This document shows, one piece after another, positions 21,630-34,076 of a stretch of DNA of 64,000 nucleotides. The translations under genes and the position numbers were made by a program. Numbering within the stretch: the stretch's first letter is position 1; the number at the start of each line of letters is the position of its first letter. A model generated the notes under the pieces. The model saw only the letters and a list, made by a program, of their open reading frames with translations, had not been told where the DNA came from and made no database searches. Source of the stretch: Macrostomum lignano (lineage: Eukaryota). Location of the stretch: positions 1 through 64,000 of the forward strand of contig NIVC01000372.1 in NCBI GenBank assembly GCA_002269645.1, read 5' to 3'.

Positions 21630-24600
21630 ACTGACAGGCAGCAACAGGGCTCGCTGGCCAGCCGGCGCGGTGTCGGGCGGTGCATCGGCGGCGCTCCGCC
21701 ACTGCCAGTCAGGCCGCTGATGCAGCTGCCGCTGGCGCTCAGACAAGGTGCGCTAGCGTCCCCGCCATTGCTTTGGTAATCACCGCCAAGTGAGCGACGA
21801 TTGACAACAACAGGGCAGTCGGCCATCGGGCAGTCGGGCGAGGAGGGACTCTCCGCCAGATTGACAGACTGGCAAAGCATGCGGGAAAAGGTAATTTGAA
21901 TTACTTGCCAAACGCATGCAATGGATTGCTCTAAAATGTACACTAGTGTTTTGTAAGGTCTATCTGTGAGAGTTGTCAGAGTGACCTGAGGATCTGGGAG
22001 AGTTGTCAGATTGACCTGAGGATCTGTGAGAGTTGTCAGAGTGACCTGAGGATCTGGGAGAGTTGTCAGAGTGACCTGAGGATCTGTGAGAGTTATCAGA
22101 TTGACCTGAGGATCTGTGAGAGTTGTCAGATTGACCTGAGGATCTGGGAGAATTATCAGACTGACCTGAGGATCTGTGAGAGTTTTCAGATTGACCTGAG
22201 GATCTGTGAGAGTTGTCAGACTGACCTGAGGATCTGTGAGAGTTGTCAGACTGACCTGAGGATCTGTGAGAGTTGTCAGACTGACCTGAGGATCTGGGAG
22301 AGTTGTCAGATTGACCTGAGGATCTGTGAGAGTTGTCAGATTGACCTACGCAATCTGAGAATCTGGGAGTCGACAACTCAATCTGAGGATGAGGGAGATA
22401 ACCAAAGGCAGGATTAACACACTCACAGATGTCTCGGCTAGACTAGCAGCAGCCAGGTGCATTCTCTGATGGCTGGCCAGGGCTCGCCGGCTGGGAAAGT
22501 GCCGATCGCACTGGGCACAGTCGTGCCGCCTAGAGTGACAGTCTGTGTGCCGGCGCAGGGCGTGCTGATGATTAGTAGTGAAGGGGCACAGTGGACAGGA
22601 CAGCTGGGCCTTGGGCGTGTTGCTATGCCGGTCAGCAACGTGACGCGCCCGTTCGGCTTTGGAGGCGAACAGCTCCGTACAGGCGGCGTGCGGGCACATC
22701 CAGCGCCGGTGGCCGTGCAACAGATGCCGTTCGAAATGGGTCCGACTGCCGCTGTACCGGGCCGAGCAGAGCGGGCAAGTTAGCGGCTTCGAGTGCTGAC
22801 AATTCACGTGCCTGTTGAGGCCTTTGCGACTGCGGAAGGCGCGGCCGCAGCCGGGCCAGTCGCAGAACAGATAGTCGTGAACATTGAGCTGATGCTCGCG
22901 AAGCTGCTCAGCATTGGGAAATGCGACAGCCGACGTTAAGCAGGCGGGATGATCGCAGAATAGCAGGGTTGCGTCGGCGTCTTCAATCAGCGATGCCGCC
23001 GATTTGACGGCGGCCTCCTTGGAAGCCGGCGGTGCAACTGCCGACGTGTTGGCAATATCGGTGGCTACCAGATCAAGGACAACGGAGTCGGCTGACGCTG
23101 ACGCCACCGCGGCCACCGTCGCCTGAGTTGGCGTCTCCGGTGTCGGCGTTGGCGCTTGCGACTCGAAAAAACTCGCAGCGGAGGAAGCGACAAACACGGA
23201 GGTCGGCGGAGGCGGTGGCTGCTGCGTTGCTTGCGGCTGCTGCTGCTGCTGCTGAGACTTGTTCGGTTCAATCAGCAGCCGTCGACTGATGGGGCACTCA
23301 GAGAGCGGCCGCTTCAACAGCGGAGCCGCAACCGCGCCACCCGCTGAGGTAGCTGGAGAAGAGACGGCGGCAGCGGCGGCGGCTGCAGAGGACTCCTGGT
23401 CAAACGAAGTGAGCCTGTCCGTCTGACAAACAATGGGTAATGAAGACACATGTAAGTAGAATGATACTTGTAAAATAGTTGATTCTCACTATTGATCTAT
23501 AGTCCCAGCAGATCTATAATCCCAGCAGATCTATAATCCCAGCAGATCTATATAATACCAGCAGATCTATAATCCCAGCAGATCTATATAATCCCAGCAG
23601 ATCTATAATCCCAGCAGATCTATATAATCCCAGCAGATCTAAAATCCCAGCAGATCTATAATCCCAGCAGATCTATAATCCCAGCAGATCTATATAATCC
23701 CAGCAGATCTATAATCCCAGCAGATCTAAAATCCCAGCAGATCTATAATCCCAGTAGATCTACTCGTACAATCCTAGCAGATCTAAAATCCCAGCAGATC
23801 TAAAATCCCAGCAGATCTATAATCCTAGCAGATCTAAAATCCCAGCAGATCTATAATCCCAGCAGATCTAAAATCCCAGCAGATCTAAAATCCCAGCAGA
23901 TCTATAGTCCCAGCAAATCTAAATCCTATGGATCCACGCACCGGATGAAAGCAGGGCAAGTCACGGCTAAAGCTGGCATCAAGTGACAGATTGCGACTCC
24001 GCGACTGCTGCATAGAGGAGGAGGATGCAGCAGCCGCGGCCGCCGGCGCCCGACGATCCCTGTGGACTCCGGCAGCTGCCACTGCGTCGCCGTCCTCGCT
24101 GCAGACGTAGCCGACGCCGCCGCCGCCGACTCGCCAAGCGAACAACGGAGCAGAAGTGGCGCTTGCGTAGGAGCGCGACTCGCTAGTAGGGAAGGACAAC
24201 GCCGACGAGGTCGACTCGCCGTCGCCTTCGGTGTCGCCGCCGCCGCCTCCGGCTATTGAGGAAGGCCGATAGCAGCGCAGCATCATAGGCTGATGGAAGC
24301 AACCACCTAGATCGCCTTGGGCGTGCACCTGCGGCCTGGGCAGGATAAGGTTGACAGGATCTAATCGGCGCAGCTGGGTGTCGAAAGCCGGCGCGGTCAG
24401 CTGGGCGCAGCTGGCCAGACTGGGATTGCCGAACAGCACGGAGCCGCCAGACGGGAACGGGGCGTCGATGAGCGAGTCGACTAGCACGGACTCGCCTAGG
24501 CCGGCGAACGGGTCAAACATAGCCCATTGCGGCGCGGCTGGACGCTGGCTACTAACTTGCGGAGATTGCGGCGGCTCTGGCTGATCGTGAGCGGCGCAGC

Positions 24601-25027
24601 ACAGCACGTCTTGAACATCCAGTGCGCTGAAGTTGGGCAACTCTATGCTGGGGTCGAGCAGGGAGCTCAGCGAGCCGCAGCGTTGCAACGGGCGCGGCGA
24701 CTGCTGCGGCGACGGGTTCAGCGAGCGACTGCCGCCGTAAGAAATCAGACAATCGGCCGGGACGTGACCTAATTGCTGCTGCTGCAGGTGTTGCTGCATC
24801 TGCTGCTGCTGCTGGAATTGCTGCTGCTGTTGGTGCTGCATCATGCCGGGATTCTGAAGCCACATCAAGGAGTTAGTAGAGGAGTAATCACCGGGAGGCG
24901 GTGATACGCAGCGTCTGGCGCGGCCTGCCAGCACAGCAGCCGGCTGCGGCGGCCTCTGCACTGCGGCTGACGAATTGTGCTGCTGCTGCTGCTGGTGGCG
25001 GAAGCGGTTTGTAACAGGAAAGGTCAT
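20813..25027 (-). CDS. C2H2 zinc-finger protein with Gln/Ala/Ser low-complexity regions, 3 exons
   Basis: Exons about 25027(or 25036)-23942, 23422-22427 and 21868-20813, all phase-0 GT-AG. Six C2H2 fingers in exon 2 (e.g. CDWPGCGRAFRSRKGLNRHVNCQH, CAQCDRHFPSRRALASHQRMH) and one in exon 3 (CPVTDC..FKSHFADH). The start is uncertain. Confidence 0.82.
21962..22347. repeat. 30-bp intronic minisatellite
   Basis: (GAGAGTTGTCAGATTGACCTGAGGATCTGT)n. Confidence 0.95.
23490..23915. repeat. 17-19-bp intronic minisatellite
   Basis: (CCCAGCAGATCTATAAT)n. Confidence 0.95.
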
Positions 25028-25069
25028 TGATGTAGACTGTAGAGTTTGCAAATTAACTCTGAACATATG

Positions 25070-25310
25070 AACACCCGCTATCTCCCTCACTGAATACCCG
25101 CTATCTCCCTCACTGAATACCCACTATCTCCCTCACTGAATACCCACTATCTCCCTCCTTGAATACCCACTATCTGCCTCCCTGAACACCCACTATCGCC
25201 CTCACTGAATACCCACATCTCCCTCACTGAATACCCACATCTCCCTCACTGAATACCCACTATCTCCCTCACTGATTACTCCCATCTTCTTCACTGAACA
25301 CCCACTATCT
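25070..25310. repeat. ~23-bp minisatellite between the photolyase and zinc-finger genes
   Basis: (CCCTCACTGAATACCCACTATCT)n. Confidence 0.85.
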
Positions 25311-25697
25311 ACCTTGTCAAACACCCTTTAGTCTCCTTTCTAAGTAAGCAATATTTCTACAAAAACAAGAATAGAAAAACAAAGACAAACGCATATTTAT
25401 TTGAAATTAAAAAGTGCAAACAAAACAAAAAACATACGCAATGTTTACATACGCATACAAACGCACGAGATTAACTGCAAATGAATAGGTGTTAAACATT
25501 GAAGTTAGCAAGGTGCACAACTGGCACAGTCAATGCTATATTTAACAATGCATTTGGAGATTGCTTAGAGTAGTAATAAAAATTGTCTTTGTAGCTCGCA
25601 AAATAAACAGAAAATGCATCACTAGCATTTTAATAGAAATAATAAATCGCATGTAGTACTACTGATTACGAGTAGTAGTCAGCTTCGATTTTTGCAA

Positions 25698-28600
25698 TCA
25701 GCGCTTCTTATTTTTAGGCTTGGACAAATACTTGAGCAGTGTAGATTGCTGCTTCTTGTCGCCAGCTTTGCTAGTAGATGGCCGGGAAGACCCCGCGGCC
25801 GGGCCAGCTCCGCAGTAGAGGGTGCTGAATTTCTCTACGTCAAATTTGCGCTTGCAGCCATCGTAGTTCATGTAGCGAATCTTGCCAAACACGGCCCGCT
25901 CACCCCAGCCCTGATCGTGCACGCCGCAGATTGACCACATGCAGCCTGCGGGGTGGGTTTATTGGATAGCTTCACTCCAGCATTAATATACCCGACTGGT
26001 CATAGTGTCTGACTACCCTAATGGTCATAGTGACTGACTACCCTAATGGTCATAGTGACTGACTACCCTAATGGTCATAGTGACTACCCGACTGGTCATA
26101 GTAGCTGACTACCCTAATGGTCATAGTGACTGACTACCCTAATGGTCATAGTGTCTGACTACCCTAATGGTCATAGTGACTGACTACCCTAATGGTCATA
26201 GTGACTGACTACTCTAATGGTCATAGTGACTGACTACTCTAATGGTCATAGTGTCTGCCCGACTGGTCATAGTAGCTGACTACCCTAATGCTCATAGTGT
26301 CTGCCTACCCTAATGGTCATAGTGTCTACCCGACTGGTCATAGTAGCTGACTACCCTAATGCTCATAGTGTCTGCCTACCCTAATGGTCATAGTGTCTAC
26401 CCGACTGGTCATAGTGACTGACTACCCTAATGGTCATAGTGACTGACTACCCTAATGGTCATAGTGTCTACCCGACTGGTCATAGTAGCTGACTAACACT
26501 AATGGTCATAGTGACTGACTACCCTAATGGTCATAGTGACTGACTAACACTAATGGTCATAGTGACTGACTACCCTAATGGTCATAGTGACTGACTACCC
26601 TAATGGTCATAGTGACTGACTACCCTAATGGTCATAGTGACTGACTACCCTAATGGTCATAGTGACTGACTACCCTAATGGTCATAGTGACTGACTACCC
26701 TAATGGTCATAGTGACTGACTACCCTATGGTCATAGTGACTGACTACCCTAATGCTCATAGTGACTGAATACCCTAGTGGTCATAGTGACTGACTACCCT
26801 AATGGTCATAGTGACTGAATACCCAAATGGTCATAGTGACTGACTACCCTAATGCTCATAGTGACTGAATACCCTAGTGGTCATAGTGACTGACTACCCT
26901 AATGGTCATAGTGACTGAATACCCAAATGGTCATAGTGACTACCCAAGTGCCCATAATGAACATAGGACTGGTAGTAGTGAATAATAAAACTGCTTATAA
27001 CATGCAATGAGCCATAATAAATTTGCACTAACCAACGTAGCCATTAGGATCTCGGCCATCCAAATTGTACTTGTCATTCAAGTAGATAGAAATAGACAGC
27101 GCCTCGGCGGGCGACTCCGTCCACTCCAGAATCTTCTTGGCCCAGTACATGCGCAAGTAGCCGTGCATTTTGGCCTCGCGAACCATCTGCAGCTGGGCGG
27201 CGTTCCACAGCCGGTCGTGAGTCCGGCCCTCCTCCAGCTCCTGACGGGTGTACAGGTAGGGCCGTGCGTCCCTGGAGTGGCGCTGCAGAGTTTCGCGCGC
27301 CCAATCATAGGCGCCTTCAAGTGAATCGTAGTTGGAATTGTGCAGACAGAAATTGTCAGCTAATTCGCGTCGGACAACGGACTCTTCGATGAAGGCGTCC
27401 ACTGATTCTTTGTGGGACGGGCGGAACTGGCGGTGAAGGAAGGGGGAGAGGATCAAATACCGTTTGTATATGGGTTTCATTTAGTAGTACCGACTTTTCA
27501 TTTCACTTCTTTAAAGAAGAGAATGTCTCCAAGATCTCTCCAAGAAGAAAAGGTGGCAGATCCTAAAAAAGGTGACAGATCTCAAAGAACAGGTGACAGA
27601 TATCAAAGAACAGGTGACGGATCTCTAAGAACAGGTCACAGATCTCAAAGAACAGATGACGGATCTCTAAGAACAGGTGACAGATCTCAAAGAACAGAGA
27701 CGGATCTCAAAGAACAGGTGACGGATCTCTAAGAACAGGTGACAGATCTCTAAGAACAGGTGACAGATCTCAAAGAACAGGTGACAGATCTCTAAGAACA
27801 GGTGACGGATCTCTAAGAACAGGTGACGGATCTCGAAGAACAGGTGACAGATCTCAAAGAACAGGTGACAGATCTCAAAGAACAGATGACTGATCTCAAA
27901 GAACAGGTGACGGATCTCAAAGAACAGGTGACGGATCTCAAAGAACAGGTGACTGATCTCAAAGAACAGGTGACGGATCTCAAAGAACAGGTGACAGATC
28001 TCAAAGAACAGATGACTGATCTCAAAGAACAGGTGACGGATCTCAAAGAACAGGTGACTGATCTCAAAGAACAGGTGACGGATCTCAAAGAACAGGTGAC
28101 GGATCTCAAAGAACAGGTGACAGATCTCAAAGAACAGATGACTGATCTCAAAGAACAGGTGACGGATCTCAAAGAACAGGTGACTGATCTCAAAGAACAG
28201 GTGACTGATCTCAAAGAACAGGTGACGGATCTCAAAGAACAGGTGACAGATCTCAAAGAACAGATGACTGATCTCAAAGAACAGGTGACGGATCTCAAAG
28301 AACAGGTGACAGATCTCAAAGAACAGATGAAGGATCTCTAAGAACAGGTGACAGATCTCAAAGAACAGGTGACGGATCTCTAAGAACAGGTGACGGATCT
28401 CTAAGAACAGGTGACAGATCTCAAAGAACAGGTGACAGATCTCTAAGAACAGGTGAAAGATCTCTAAGAACAGGTGACGGATCTCTAAGAACAGGTGACG
28501 GATCTCTAAGAACAGATGACGGATCTCTAAGAACAGATGACGGATCTCTCCAATCCGACTCACTTTCTTAGCTTCGAAAGCGCAACGCTGAGCGCTGATT

Positions 28601-30980
28601 TGGCCAAAGTGCAGCCATGGCGACAGGTTGCTAAGCGCGGCCACATTCGGATCGTTGCGGCCGGTGGCAAACAATCGAAGCCGACGCTGCAAAAATTCCG
28701 CAAGGGTCCGGCTGGCCCCGACTGGGCCAGGCTCGGCCCACTTCACTGGCAGCACCGACATGTTCACCTGGGCATGAGGATAGAGAGGTGGGGGCAGAGC
28801 AGCTTAGCATAACCCAAATATCTTGCGTTCGATTCCATGGGCGGCCACATTCATCTTGTGTGATTGGGCATGACTGTTTGGTTCCTCGCTGGCTGTGTCA
28901 ACAATTTTGTTCATGTACAGTGATGACAAAAACTATACGCTTGCGCCCCACGAGTAAATGGCTCCCTACTCCCAAATTCATATCTCATATAATGGGTTTT
29001 CTGGATTATCACGGAGCCAATTGGCATCTGAATAGAAAATATTTATGACAGGAAGGTAGGTAGGTAAGTAAGTAGAATAGGGAGGGGTAGGAGTAGGTGG
29101 GTAGGTGGGTAGGTGGTAGGTAGATAAGTAAGTAGGTAAGTAGATACGAATATGTAGGTAGGTAGGTACAATAGGTAAGTAGGTAGGTAGGTAGGTAAGT
29201 AGGCAATCGCCACAAGCCAATGGACAAATGGATATATAGGATCAGTATAAAAGCAGCATAACTGCTCCGGTTTTACACTGCCGTAACGCTTTTGTTAACT
29301 GCCCCACACAGTAGCCCAGCATCGGCACATTTCTGGCCAATCTATCAGACTTATTAGTAGATAAAATGGCAGATGAAAGTGTAATGGGGCTGTTGATGCA
29401 GAATATTGAGCACCAACCTCCAGACTGTCTCTGGCAGCTTTCCAATTAACCGGCTTGGCCCGGTCGGCCTCCGGCAGCCGATACGGATGCCGTTCAATGC
29501 GCGGGAATTCGGTCAGATATTCGCCCAGGTAGCGATGAATCTTGGGCCGTATAGTTCTAGCCGCGTATTCGAGCTTGTCCGAGGCTAGCCAGACTGGCAC
29601 AATATTGTGCGCATCCACCTGGTACATCGGCACCCCGGTCGGCAGTTTAGCGGCTACAGAATTCGCCCAGTTGAGCGGCACGCGCAGCGGGCTGAAATCA
29701 GCGACCAGAGCGGCAGCTGACAGGTCGCGAACCATTCGAGGCAGATTATCGACTGGCTGGCCGGTCAGCAGGCGGAAGTCGATGTCCAGCCGTCGGCATT
29801 CGGTCTCGACGTGTTCAAGGCCGCGCAGCAGGAAGTCGAATTGGCGAATTGTGGCGTCGAGAAACTTCGGCACCAAGTTGAAAGCGACGCACAAAGGCAG
29901 TCGTGAGCGCAGGGCCAGTCGTTGGGCGTGGATTAGAGCCCAGTTGTCTGCGGGGATAAGCGGATATGTTTCAACCTCTATAAGAACATAATATCTATCT
30001 TTAGATGCTATTAATAGAACTCCATGGGTTAAAACAAAGCCTGAGAAGATATCTCAAAAGCCCATCCAGCCGGCGCGGTCGGCAAACCTATGTAATTTAA
30101 GGGCCGGATATAGAATCAAGCGCATGACTGCGGGAGACAGAGGGGAGAGAAGAGAGGCAATCAAGAGAGAGAAGAGGAGAGAAGGGGAGAGAGGAGAGAG
30201 GGAGATGAGAGAGAAGTGAGATAAGGGGAGAGGAGGGGAGAGGAGGGGAGGGGAGAGGAGGGGAGGGAGGGAGATGGGGGAGATGAGAGAGGAGAGTGAA
30301 AAGAGGTGAGGGGAGAGAGGGGAGAGAAGAGAGTGCTCCGGCAGCTTGAAGGAAAAGAATGCTTGAATAAATCCTAAAGATCTCAAATGCACTGTTGATA
30401 AAAACACTACTTGATTTTGAAATAGGCTTTGATTATTGATTATTTGCATTTTTGATTCGGCTATAAATCACTTAAAACGCTAATAAGCTACTGTTTAATT
30501 CAGTAGTATTACTTCCTATTGGCTTATTTTCATCTGCGCATTGTATATGCTCCCCCACCATTGCTAGCAAATGTTTCTGTGTACTGATAATAACACTGTC
30601 ACGTGACACAGAATGCTTCAATTCAATTTACCTTGAACGCGCTGATCTCGCGACATCCAATAGATGACGCACCGGCCATCGGGCAGCAAATCTTTCACTT
30701 TTTTAGTCAACAAACGGACTCGCTTGTCGGCAAAACGAAACTCTTCAACTGAAGCCGACGCGTAGCTGAATTCCATCAGCGGTTGGGTTGGCGATGTCGA
30801 AGTTGACGAAGATGGCTCGGCGCTAGAGCCAGCGCTATCCAAGCGCTGCTTCTTTTTTGGCTGCTGCTCTGGTTCGGCGCTCGAATTGGCGCTATCCAAG
30901 TGCTGCTTCTTTTTTGGCTGCTGCTCTGGTTCGGCGCTCGAATTGGCGCTATCCAAGCGTCGCTTCGTTTTTGGTAGCTG
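25698..30980 (-). CDS. phr: Class II CPD photolyase, 5 exons
   Basis: Exons about 30980-30632, 29947-29418, 28767-28564, 27426-27033 and 25945-25698, phases consistent. Motifs [10 protein letters not shown]|[81 protein letters not shown]|[31 protein letters not shown]. Confidence 0.96.
25990..26945. repeat. 25-bp intronic minisatellite
   Basis: (CTACCCTAATGGTCATAGTGACTGA)n. Confidence 0.95.
27555..28548. repeat. 21-bp intronic minisatellite
   Basis: (AAGAACAGGTGACGGATCTCA)n inside photolyase intron 27427-28563. Confidence 0.95.
29050..29205. repeat. (AGGT)n-like microsatellite, intronic
   Basis: Degenerate AGGT repeats. Confidence 0.8.
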
Positions 30981-31039
30981 CTCCAGTTTGAATTTGGATT
31001 GACAGAAAAGGAAACATAGGAAAATTTTACTTCTACGAG

Positions 31040-31347
31040 AAGGCAAAAAAGTATAGCTTAGTTAGGGTTGGCTGGGGTGGGGTTAGGGTTGGCTGGGGTT
31101 GGGGTTGGCTGGGGTGGGGTTAGGGTTGGCTGGGGTTGGGGTTGGCTGGGGTGGGGTTAGGGTTGGCTGGGGTGGGGTTAGGGTTGGCTGGGGTGGGGTT
31201 AGGGTTGGCTGGGGTTGGGGTTGGCTGGGGTGGGGTTAGGGTTGGCTGGGGTTGGGGTTGGCTGGGGTGGGGTTAGGGTTGGCTGGGGTTGGGGTTGGCT
31301 GGGGTGGGGTTAGGGTTGGCTGGGGTTGGGGTTGGCTGGGGTGGGGT
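31040..31347 (+). repeat. G-rich tandem repeat (GGGGTTAGGGTTGGCTGGGGT)n with G-quadruplex potential
   Basis: Continuous G3-G4 runs with short loops; includes TTAGGG. Confidence 0.9.
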
Positions 31348-32469
31348 GTCGGCAGTTAAAAATGTTTGGCATCCAATTGTAGAGCCTTACTAAAATCGAT
31401 TTTTTACCTATCGATAGTCGATAATAATAAACATAAGAAAGACGATTTACCAACGATATTTAATTTTGTTAATGCATTTTTTATACCGGGTGCACCACAG
31501 GAATACACAAGCACTAGATAAAAATTATAATATTAAATACTACATATAGAAATGATAACAACTAGCGATGTAGATATAAAAAACGCACATATGCGGCATC
31601 CACTTATTAAATTAATTATAAAGTTTGCGACACTATGCAAAACCTTTAGGGCGATGAAATCAGTCAAGTACATAAAATAAATACATTAAGAAGCGGTTAC
31701 AGCAGAAAAAACACAACACAAATTGATACAACACAGCAACAGAGGAAATTCCAATCCAGAGCTGCGTATCAAAGCAAAAGAAATGCCCGATCAATTGCAA
31801 ATTTGGATCGGCAAAGGGAGATAAGGTGAACAGTTCAGAGAGTGGGACAGAGGTTGATAAAGCGAATATGGTATGGAATTTGGTACGTAGTAGGCATATA
31901 TACGTATTTATAGATGAGCACATTCAGTAGTTAAAATTAGGGGGGAAATTTTGATAGTCTACTAAAGCTAATGCTTATCTTAATAATTTGTGTGTTAGTG
32001 TCATGAGAGAGAAACAGAAAATAAAATAAAAATAGGTCACCAGGACCCTTGCCAATGGGATAGTAACTGGACAAGAATTCCGGGAAAGCAAACACGACGA
32101 CCAATAACGTGACTAAGGAAAACTTTGCGAAGACTAAGAAAGGGTACGAGAGAGTAAGAAAATATAAGACGTAATATAAGTACTGTAATATAAGTACAAA
32201 ATATAAGACGCTTTTTTCAATGTGTCACTGCCTAATCTTTCGCGAATATTTATTTACTTACTAAGTTTCATCTTTGCTGATAAATACATGAAAATGCTTC
32301 TTTAAGGCTTTCTACAAGCAGACCCATCAAATTAGCATCTTTACTCTGTTTGAAGCTGCACCCCAAATTAAGTACGTGAGCGTAGCGAGCAAGAGAAAAG
32401 GGGTGGCGCCCAAGTCCCCAGCCAGGTCAAGAAAGCCAGGCCGGCTTTCCTCTTGACCGCTTGTGTCTG

Positions 32470-33590
32470 ACTTTGACCTCTCTCCTTAAGTGCTCTCTCA
32501 TTGGCTGAGCTAGATTGGGCCTGCTCCCTAGACAGAGTTTCGTCCTCTTGACTTTGACCTCTCTCCTTGCTGCTCTCTCATTGGCTGAGCTAGATTGGGC
32601 CTGCTCCCTAGACAGAGTTTCGTCCTCTTGACTTTGACCTCTCTCCTTGCTGCTCTCTCATTGGCTGAGCTAGATTGGGCCTGCTCCCTAGACAGAGTTT
32701 CGTCCTCTTGACTTTGACCTCTCTCCTTGCTGCTCTCTCATTGGCTGAGCTAGATTGGGCCTGCTCCCTAGACAGAGTTTCGTCCTCTTGACTTTGACCT
32801 CTCTCCTTGCTGCTCTCTCATTGGCTGAGCTAGATTGGGCCTGCTCCCTAGACAGAGTTTCGTCCTTTTGAATTTGACCTCTCTCCTTACTGCTCTCTCA
32901 CTGGCTGAGCTAGATTGGGGCCTGTCCCCTAGGCGGAGTTTCGTCCTCTTGACTTTGACCTCTCTCCTTGCTGCTCTCTCATTGGCTGAGCTAGATTGGG
33001 TCTGCTCCCTAGACAGAGTTTCGTCCTTTTGAATTTGACCTCTCTCCTTACTGCTCTCTCACTGGCTGAGCTAGATTGGGGCCTGTCCCCTAGGCGGAGT
33101 TTCGTCCTCTTGACTTTGACCTCTCTCCTTGCTGCTCTCTCATTGGCTGAGCTAGATTGGGCCTGCTCCCTAGACAGAGTTTCGTCCTCTTGACTTTGAC
33201 CTCTCTCCTTGCTGCTCTCTCATTGGCTGAGCTAGATTGGGCCTGCTCCCTAGACAGAGTTTCGTCCTCTTGACTTTGACCTCTCTCCTTGCTGCTCTCT
33301 CATTGGCTGAGCTAGATTGGGTCTGCTCCCTAGACAGAGTTTCGTCCTTTTGAATTTGACCTCTCTCCTTACTGCTCTCTCACTGGCTGAGCTAGATTGG
33401 GGCCTGTCCCCTAGGCGGAGTTTCGTCCTCTTGACTTTGACCTCTCTCCTTGCTGCTCTCTCATTGGCTGAGCTAGATTGGGCCTGCTCCCTAGACAGAG
33501 TTTCGTCCTCTTGACTTTGACCTCTCTCCTTGCTGCTCTCTCATTGGCTGAGCTAGATTGGGGCCTGTCCCCTAGGCGGAGTTTCGTCCG
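32470..33590. repeat. 80/81-bp tandem repeat between CNOT10 and photolyase
   Basis: About 14 units of TTGGCTGAGCTAGATTGGGCCTGCTCCCTAGACAGAGTTTCGTCCTCTTGACTTTGACCTCTCTCCTTGCTGCTCTCTCA, with a 161-bp higher-order alternation. Confidence 0.95.
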
Positions 33591-34076
33591 TCTCTGCTAA
33601 AGTATCTGCTAAATTAAGTTTAGGCGACACTGCGCAGACAAACTACCGAAAAAGAGTAGACGCACTGATTTTTTCACAACCTTACTTGCGAGTGACACAA
33701 TAGTTAGTCTTGATCTGTGTTCATGACTAAGTTAAGATGACATTTTTGAAAAAAGCTTATTATAAATTTTATATCGTCAAAACAATAAACGATTAGCGAT
33801 TGGTCTATAAAACTGTATGCTATTGAAGGCCAATAAGAAATTTTCTCACCTCTACTGATAGTAGTAGTCTAAACAAAATAATTTTTAATTAAAAAAACAA
33901 GCTACAAAATGATTATACATAAATACTATTAGAGACAACTGGTGTTTTTTATAAATCTCTGAAGGATTATTGAAATTCATTAAAATTACTCAATTCTGCA
34001 TTACGGACGGGGATGGTTGTGTTAATTCTCACTGATTTGCTAAAGAAGCAAAAAAGAGCTTTTAGTAGAAGACAGC

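Noticed and set aside
20829-21779. 316-aa + strand ORF and similar antisense ORFs over Kir, MTU1, MCFD2 and CNOT10
   Set aside because: Shadow ORFs of GC-rich real exons on the opposite strand.
27667-28564. Coiled-coil-like (EQVTDLK)n ORF on + and (EIRHLFF)n ORF on -
   Set aside because: Both lie inside a photolyase intron with canonical GT-AG ends; some units contain TAA.
32470-33590. CRISPR-like appearance of regular repeats (also other arrays)
   Set aside because: Units are head-to-tail with no unique spacers; eukaryotic context and no cas genes.
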